Shown: positions 55,915-64,000 of the stretch, piece after piece
How the letters are laid out: every line of letters begins with the position of its first letter
Position numbering within the stretch: position 1 is the first letter of the stretch
Source of the DNA: Eledone cirrhosa
Taxonomy: Eukaryota
Length of the DNA: 64,000 nucleotides
Direction: 5' to 3'
Assembly (NCBI GenBank): GCA_964016885.1
Contig: OZ024740.1
Location: 382,416,001 to 382,480,000 of the forward strand
The notes under the pieces: generated by a model
The model's input: the letters and a program-made list of their open reading frames with translations, nothing else
Database searches by the model: none
What the model was told of the DNA's origin: nothing
Made by a program: the position numbers and the translations under genes

Positions 55915-57914
55915 CTTGAATCTCAGTCATTGATGTTGGTTAACTGGAAAGTCCGTTGGATTGAATATCAAGCCACTACCTGCAGCCTCAGATATTCAGG
56001 ACGTATCGGAGGGTTCTTGCCGTTCCAAGCAAGCATGCCTTTTGAAGCGTTCCAAAAAGCGTGAAGGGGCCGATTTTCTTTAACCATCCCTGGAAACCTT
56101 TGGAGATAGTCCCCAGTGCGCCTATGACAATCGGGATCACTTTGACTTCATGGCAGTTCCAAATCCTTTTCACCTCCCACTTTAGGTCCTGGTATCGGTT
56201 AATTTTCTCCCTCTCCTTCTCTTGCACTCTCGTGTCGAACGGGCAGGCCACATCCACAATCAGGCACGATCTTTTTTCTTTGTCCACAACCAGCAGGTCA
56301 GGTCTATTGTGTTCCAGTTTTTTGTCCGTCTGTATCCTAAAATCCCACAGCACCTTCACCTGACTGTTCTCCATCACCGCCTCTGGCCTATGCTCATACC
56401 ATTTCTCAGAATGTGGTAGATTGTTTACTTTGCACAGGTGCCAGTGGATCACCCTGCCCATCACATCGTGTCTCCAGCCCTTATAGTGGGTCTGGGCTAG
56501 GTGTTTACACGCGGACACAATGTGAGCCACAGTCTCCTCTCTCTCTCCACAGAACCTGCACAGTGGGCTAGCCTCCTCCTTGTAGATATGGTGCTTCAAC
56601 CACTTCGTTTTGAGGGCCTGCTCCTGCGCAGCCATTAGCATTCCTTCTGTAGCCTTTTTGAGGTCTCCTCTTCTCAACCAGTTCCATGTCTGTGGATCTC
56701 TAAATTCAGTTTTCTCAAAGAAGGTACTATGAAGGGATTTTCCCTTAAGGCTGCTCTTCCTCCTTGATGTTATTTCCTCCTTGGATATCCCCTGGCCTAC
56801 TGTCCCCTCCTTCAGTACAGCTCTGAGCATTGGCTCCTTACTATAGGTCACGTATTTGTATAGGTTGTTTTTCTCCATCTGAACACAGTCCTCTATGCTG
56901 ATAAGACCTCTTCCACCCTCAGATCTCCTTAGGTAGAGTCTATCGACATCACTCCTCTTGTGGAACATGTTGTAGATAGTCAATAGCTTCCTAGTCTTCC
57001 TATCCATTTCTTTTTGTTCAGCAACATTCCATCTCAGAATTCCCGCACTGTACCTAATAATAGACACAGCTCGGGAATTTACTGCGCTTATGGCATTTCT
57101 GCTGTTCAGATGTGACTTCAATACGCTCCTTACTCTCCGAATGTATTCAGTTCTTAACAATTCCTTCATTTTTTTGTTCTTTATGCCATCAGCCTCCAGA
57201 ACGCCCAAATACTTGTATCCTTCCTCAGAGTCAATTTCCTTTATCATCTCACCTGTTAGTATCTGGATCCCGTTACTTCTGCTCAACCTACCCCTCCTCA
57301 TCACAATGACTCCACATTTACCAATACCAAACTGCATACATATATCACTGCTGAAAATACGGACAGTGTCAACAAGCACATCCAACTCCTTCTCACTTTT
57401 CCCGAAGAGCTTAAGATCGTCCATGAAGAGGAGGTGATTGATGGTAAGCTCTCCCCTTCCCAACTTGTATCCTGCTCTCACTTTTCGCAGCATAATGGTC
57501 AAGGGCATCAGGGCAAGGACAAACAACAGAGGGGACAGGCTATCTCCCTGGAAGATACCTCTCTTGATCTTCACGCTTCCCAAGGATACTCCAGTTGATG
57601 TCAACTCTGTCTCCCAGGACCCCATACTCCTGCCCAGCAACTGTCTGATGTTATCTGCCACCCTGAAGATCTCCAGGCTTTTGGTGATCCAGGAATGAGG
57701 CACCATGTCAAATGCCTTTCTGTAGTCTATCCATCCCAATGGCAAGATCAGTGTGTCTCCTCCTGCAATTCCCCATTACCATCTTATCAATAAGCAACTG
57801 GTCCTTTGTACCACGTGACTTCTTTCGGCATCCTTTCTGTTCGTCCGGCAACAAGTTGTTTGTGTGGAGGTGATGGTAGATTTCCTCAGACACAATGCTC
57901 GTCAACAGTTTCCA

Positions 57915-57915
<1 letters not shown>
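55915..57915 (-). mobile_element. 5'-truncated R4/Dong-like non-LTR retrotransposon in (TAA)n
   Basis: ORF 55988-57745: [66 protein letters not shown] endonuclease; frameshifted N-terminal extension to ~57915. Confidence 0.92.
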
Positions 57916-57978
<63 letters not shown>

Positions 57979-57984
57979 GTTGTT

Positions 57985-58411
57985 ATTCCTTGAATCTCAG
58001 TCATTGATGTTGGTTAACTGGAAAGTCCGTTGGATTGAATATCAAGCCACTACCTGCAGCCTCAGATATTCAGGACGTATCGGAGGGTTCTTGCTGTTCC
58101 AAGCAAGCATGCCTTTTGAAACGTTCCAAAAAGCGTGAAGGGGCCGATTTTCTTTAACCATCCCTGGAAACTTTTGGAGATAGTCCCCAGTGCGCCTATG
58201 ACAATCGGGATCACTTTGACTTCATGGCAGTTCCAAATCCTTTTCACCTCCCACTTTAGGTCCTGGTATCGGTTAATTTTCTCCCTCTCCTTCTCTTGCA
58301 CTCTCGTGTCGAACGGGCAGGCCACATCCACAATCAGACACAATCTTTTTTCTTTGTCCACAACCACCAGGTCAGGTCTATTGTGTTCCAGTTTTTTGTC
58401 CGTCTGTATCC
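57985..58411 (-). mobile_element. 3' fragment of the same R4/Dong-like element
   Basis: Near-identical to 55915-56338; (TTA)n on both sides. Confidence 0.92.
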
Positions 58412-58461
<50 letters not shown>

Positions 58462-61400
58462 GGCGACCTACGTAGTAAATCGTATCATCGTGAGCTCCGC
58501 AAAGGTTTGTTATTTCCGTTTGTTAAAAATTGCCATTTATGGAAAATTTTTATTGTTAACTATATATAAGCGCACATATATTGTTTTCCGAAAAGGACAC
58601 CCAAAAAGACTGGGGCCTTTTGCCCAAAATTTAAACTTTTATGATTATCAAAAAATTTCTTTGAAAAAAAATGGCAAATTCACATCTGCACCAAGCAGCT
58701 GAAAGCCTTTCTCACAAATTAACACCTCACACCGACACCACCATTGTAAATGATACTACATTTGCCCCAACAAACAATTTAAGCACTAGCAATACTTTAA
58801 ATTTGTCTCAGGCAGACATTCATTTCCCGCCATTACCAATGACTGCAGGTGTTAAAGCCACCACCACCACCACCACCACCGCGACAACCAGCACCCCCAC
58901 CACCACCGCGACAACAGAAACAAAAGGAAAAAATAAATCAACTCGCTATGTCGAAATATTTTCAACCAAAATGGACTCTCCCAAACCGAACTTCACTGAC
59001 GTCACCACCACCACAACTGAAACTAAAATTAATAATAACAAAAATAACGATAGCAACAACAACAACAATGACATTAAAAAAACCACCCTAAATTTTGCCA
59101 GAGTAGCAAAACAGTGCGAAGCATTTACAGTAACTCAGGAGGAATTAGAAAATGCCAAACAAATGGTAAAGAAAGATGGGTACAGGGTCAGCCTCAACAC
59201 ACACACCTAATAAAATGGAGCATCGGCGCCTATGCACCGCGTCGTATCGAACAATAAATGTAATATCGCGCCGAGTGGAACGGGCATCCGAGTCCCAAAT
59301 CTAAAAAGCTTTGGGACATGTGTGGGCAAGAAAAACCCACATCAGACGTGGGCAGAAGTATGGAACCGTGGACGTGTTCTTTGAAACACCAGAGGAGGCT
59401 AGAGAACACTCCATGGCCCCATTAAGAAGTGATGACTTCACACTCGTCCCAAGCTATTGTGGCCAGAGACTCATAAATATTAGGGTGACCCACGTTCCAC
59501 CGGCCATCGAAATTCCCTGGCTAATAGCGGCCGTCCTCGCTGGCATCGAAGCCAACACAAAAATAATAGCAATAGCAAAAGAAAAGCAGGAGAACTGGTC
59601 CGGTTTTGGGACCAAAAAAACATTGAGGAATTCCCAGAGGTAATAGACCTCACTGACGGCAGCCACCTCACCGTAATTGTCGAGGGCAGAAGGCCTAGGT
59701 GTGTCGTTTGTGGTGAAGGAACCCACCTAAGGGCTTTCTGCCCTCAGGCTAAAAGGTTGAAGCCACCTCTTCTACCCACCCCGGTGACTCAACCATCAAC
59801 ACCACCAGTAGCAGAGATGTCAGCAACAACTGTAGCAGCAACAACAGAAGCAACTATAGCAGCAACAACCCCAGCAACAGTAGCAAAACCAACACCACCA
59901 CCACCAGCAAAACCAACACCACCACCAACCAACTCTTCAGAACTAGCACCAGCGCCTACACCATCCACCACGCCACAACCAAAACTAACGCCTGTGGAAG
60001 ATTTTCCACTCCCCGACCTATCACAACTGGAGACAGATTGTGACGACGAGGAGTGGGAAACTGTATCAGGAAAAAAAAAAGAAACCAAAAAAGAAAAAAC
60101 TCTTTTCCTTCCCCCTCCAAAAACAAAATACAGAGCGAAACAAATAAATTAACAAACAAAAAAGTTAGGACAGATATGCCACCATCCACACCAGCATCAC
60201 CAACCCCATCAACCCAAACACCAACACCATCACCTTCATTAACCCCAACACCACCATCACCTACACCAAAAAAGTCACCAAAATGCGAAACAGAAACAAA
60301 CCCACAACAAACGCAAGCAAAACAAAACAACCAAAACGATACACACTACACAGCATTAAATTTGAACAACAATCAATTATTACACTACATCCAACACAAC
60401 ACCAGCATCACAGAAAAAGACTACACAACAACCCAAAAATTCACACCACCTCCACACATACAAATCACTCGCATCACACAGAAAACGTACATGACACTAA
60501 AACAAAAATTCCCCAAAGACATCGGAGACTTCTGACAAGCATAGGGTCATCCAGATCATATCTAGACAGAGTATTTTGTAGGGAAATAGATAGGTCTAGC
60601 ATAGGCTGTCCACAATTCAAGATAGTCAGCTACACGGACCACAAATTCGTGATCTGTGTGCTTGACTTAGATAGGCTTCATAGACGAGGACCCGGCTACT
60701 GGAAGCTAAACGCGTCCTTACCAGCGCGCAAGGCCTACAGAGACCGGATTAGCGAAGTAGTTAAGCGGGCGTTGACGGGGGCCATCGTCAACAACAAGTG
60801 GTGGTTTGCTCTGAAAAGAGCAATTAGAATAGAGTCCATTAGGTTTAGTAAGACTTTAGCAATAGAGAAAAATAGAGCAGAGGGAGAATTAGTTAGAAAA
60901 TTAGATGAGGCGCTTAGCAAAGGCATCGCGACCGACGTACTTGCGGCGAAATTGGCCCTTGACCAATTCTTCAATGCAAAGCACGAAGGCTGCGTTGTCA
61001 GAGCTAGGGTGCGTGCTCTCAGACACGAGGGGACGAAAGCCGTTCAATGGGCCCGAGTGGCGGAGGCGCGTCTTGGCAACAAAGCCACGATCCGGTCTTT
61101 GGTGGACCACGACGGGCGCATGCTACTCGATCCCGGGCAAATGTGTGAAGCTTTTCAGCGACACTTCGCTCAACTGTTCGGGGGCGGTGGCGGGCCGGAT
61201 CGAGGGATGGACTTTAGTGTCTACCTCGACGGATTGCCGCGGCTTTCGGCCACTGAGGCGAAGTGCTGCGAAAAGCCGATAACAACCGCTGAAGTACGGG
61301 ATGCAATGACTAGTTGCACAAGGGGTAAATCGCCTGGTTTGGATGGTCTGCCCTATGAACTTTACGTACAAATGCCAAACTTGTTCGGAGGCCTCTTGGC

Positions 61401-63621
61401 GGACGTCTACTGCAACTGGCAACAGAACGGGAGAATTCCCAGCTCTGTGAGCCGAGAAGCGGTGGCGCTGCTGAGAAAGGATCCGAACAAGGGGGATAAC
61501 ATAGATAATTTTAGGCCCATAACTCTACTAAACACAGAGTTCAAGATTTTGGCCAAGGTGCTAGCAAAGAGGTTGGCGCTTGTCGTTGGTGGTCTGGTGG
61601 GAGAGGCACAGACATGCGCCATTCCCGACAGATCCATCCACGACAACCTCCACCTCATGCGATACATCGTAGAGAGGGTAGCTAGGGAACCTGGCACGGG
61701 TGGGTCTTTGATCAATTTAGATCAGTCGAAAGCCTTTGATAGGGTCGACCATCGTTACCTAGCGGCAGTCCTGAGGGCGGCTGGCTTTGGGCCCGTCTTC
61801 AGAGGCTGGATCGCTGCCATGCACAGCGACATCTGCTCTGTAGTGAGAGTGAAAGGTCACCTTTCGGAACCGTTCAACATCATGCGCTCGGTCCGCCAAG
61901 GATGTCCCCTCTCGTCCCTATTGTACGTATTGACTCTCGAGCCATTACTGCACAAACTGGAGACGTTGAGGGGGGTCCCGCGCGAACTAGGATGCGGAAG
62001 ATCCGTGTCAGCATATGCCGACGATGTCACCGTAGTGGTGTCGAACGCCAAACACATCGAGGCGATCGGCACTACACTAAGAGAATACGAAGCGGTGACA
62101 GGAGCAATGATCAACCAAAAGTCAGTGGGCCTGCAGCTCGGCACCTGGAGAGGCAGGTCCATGCCGTGCAACAGCGTCGTCGGGCGCTGGACGGACGGAC
62201 CGGTTAAATTGCTAGGGGTCTGGTTCGGTCCAGACCTCCAGACGGACAAAAACTGGGACGAGGTGACGAGCAGGTTGACTTCTCTCACCCAGAAATGGGC
62301 CGAGAGGAAGCTATCCCTGAAAGGTCGAGCGAGCGGTGGTGGATGCTTACATCACATCCGTCATCTACTACCGCATGACCGTCGTACCTTGTCCTAAGCC
62401 CCGTCTGACTGCGCTGGAGCGTTTGCTCTTTCGCTTCTTGTGGAAGGGACGCGCTCCGATGGTCAGGCGGTCCATCTGCCGTCAACACCCGCGACGTGGA
62501 GGGTTGGGCATGCCGTGGCTGATGATGCGCAGACACGCGCTCAGGCTACGACATCTCCACCTATCCTCGACGGTGATCAGATGTGGTCGCCGTTTGCTAG
62601 ACACGTTTTTCCCCAACTCGTCTCCTTGACGGAGCTGCAGTCCTGGGTCAAGCGAAGACCGAGAGGGAGCGCTTGGAGACTGGAATGTCTTCAGGCGATC
62701 ACAGCCCTCGACCAATGGGGCAATGTGATCGGTGGAAACTCCACCTTGGCGTTCTATAGGGGATTAGTGGAGGGGAAGAGCGACGACGTACTTGGAGAAA
62801 CTCTAGGCGTCGACGAAAATCAACTAGCCAATCTCTTCGGAAGGACTTTCGGGCCGGGGCCTATGGACAACTTCCAGAAATCCCTGGCCTGGCAGTGCAA
62901 CCGAGGAGCCTTGCCAGTTCGGGATAAACTCTACAGGCATGGAGGTGCCGTCAGCCGGGCATGACCGAGATGCGCGCAGGGCGACGAAACCGTCCTGCAC
63001 GCACTCGTCCAGAGTCCGAGCATTGCTGACTTGTGGGTTTATGTCGAACACCTGCTGTCACGTGTAGGACGGATCCAGCTATCAGCTGAGTCCATCGTGA
63101 GGATTGCCCCGCCCCCTTCCTTTAGCCGGGAAGGGCAGGCAGTTTTTATCTGTCTGGTGGCCATGGCGAAAGAGATAGTATGGTGGACACGTTTGAAAGG
63201 GCTGAAGACGAGCACTTACCTCTTCGGTGATGCCCTGATTAACTTTTTCAAATTTCATCTGAAAAGGAAAATCAGGGTAGAGAGGGAAGTGCTCTCTTCC
63301 CAGCATTTTGTTGAAAGATGGGTGAGAGAAGCAAGTATGGCCCGAATGAATGGGCCTTCTCTGAGTATGTGTCTGTAAATTAAAGGTGGAAAACTGGGAG
63401 AGGGCGCTTGCCCTGGTGGTCAGGGCCACTGTGGTCTTTTAATGGGCTTTCTCCACAAATGTCCCTCGGAAGTCTCCCACCTATTGGGGAATCTTTCTTT
63501 GTTATTTTATTTCATCCTCTGTTTTTTTTACACGCAGAAATGCCCATTTGTACCGTCCTGTATTGTCCAGTACTGTCCTTAATGTCTACTTTATGTAAAC
63601 CCTTGTGGTTAATAAAGAAAA

Positions 63622-63622
<1 letters not shown>
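58462..63622 (+). mobile_element. Tx1/L1-clade LINE with internal deletion, flanked by (TTA)n
   Basis: ORF1 pieces with CVVCGEGTHLRAFC (59700-59741); ORF2 from SRSYLDR (~60549) through AYADD to a stop at 63378; AATAAA at 63611. Confidence 0.92.

Positions 63623-63708
<86 letters not shown>
63623..63708. repeat. (TTA)n microsatellite / LINE tail
   Basis: Perfect run immediately after the Tx1 3' end. Confidence 0.95.
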
Positions 63709-64000
63709 CTTTCTGTTTTAGGTAAGTACAATGTTTATTTCAAACATCTCCGTAACAGTGAAGTGTGAGTACTAAATCTTTCTTCTTTCTACTCTCATTA
63801 GAAAAAAAAACAACAAAATACACAGGTACAATTCACTTCATATTTTACTAAAATAATTGTTTCTACTTTTGGCACAAGGCCAGCAATTAACCAGTGTATT
63901 ACTGGTACTTTATTTTATCAACCCCGTACTAAAATAATGATTATCATTTCGTCTGGTGTCTCTACTTAGGTGATAGCGGTTTATCTATCAACAATATATA

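Overview
AT-rich, microsatellite-dense eukaryotic DNA with no recognisable host exon. The SINE and LINE complement suggests a cephalopod such as Octopus, which is an inference. Nearly all non-microsatellite sequence derives from retroelements. These are a Penelope-like element (Neptune-type RT + GIY-YIG) inside ~1.1-kb inverted repeats, two near full-length and two partial Tx1/L1-clade LINEs, three R4/Dong-like copies stacked in (TTA)n, RTE, HERO-like and CRE-like remnants, and about 15 copies of a tRNA-derived MetaSINE-like family. The main observation is a layer of small non-coding fold-back elements, mostly in (TA)n tracts. They carry type I hammerhead ribozyme (HHR) motifs from at least 8 sequence families. 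The best example is a 312-bp tandem array (44141-45437) with four intact minimal HHRs and a highly self-complementary unit, a candidate retrozyme/circular RNA that could be mobilised by Penelope-like machinery. All folds and alignments were done by eye and boundaries are approximate.
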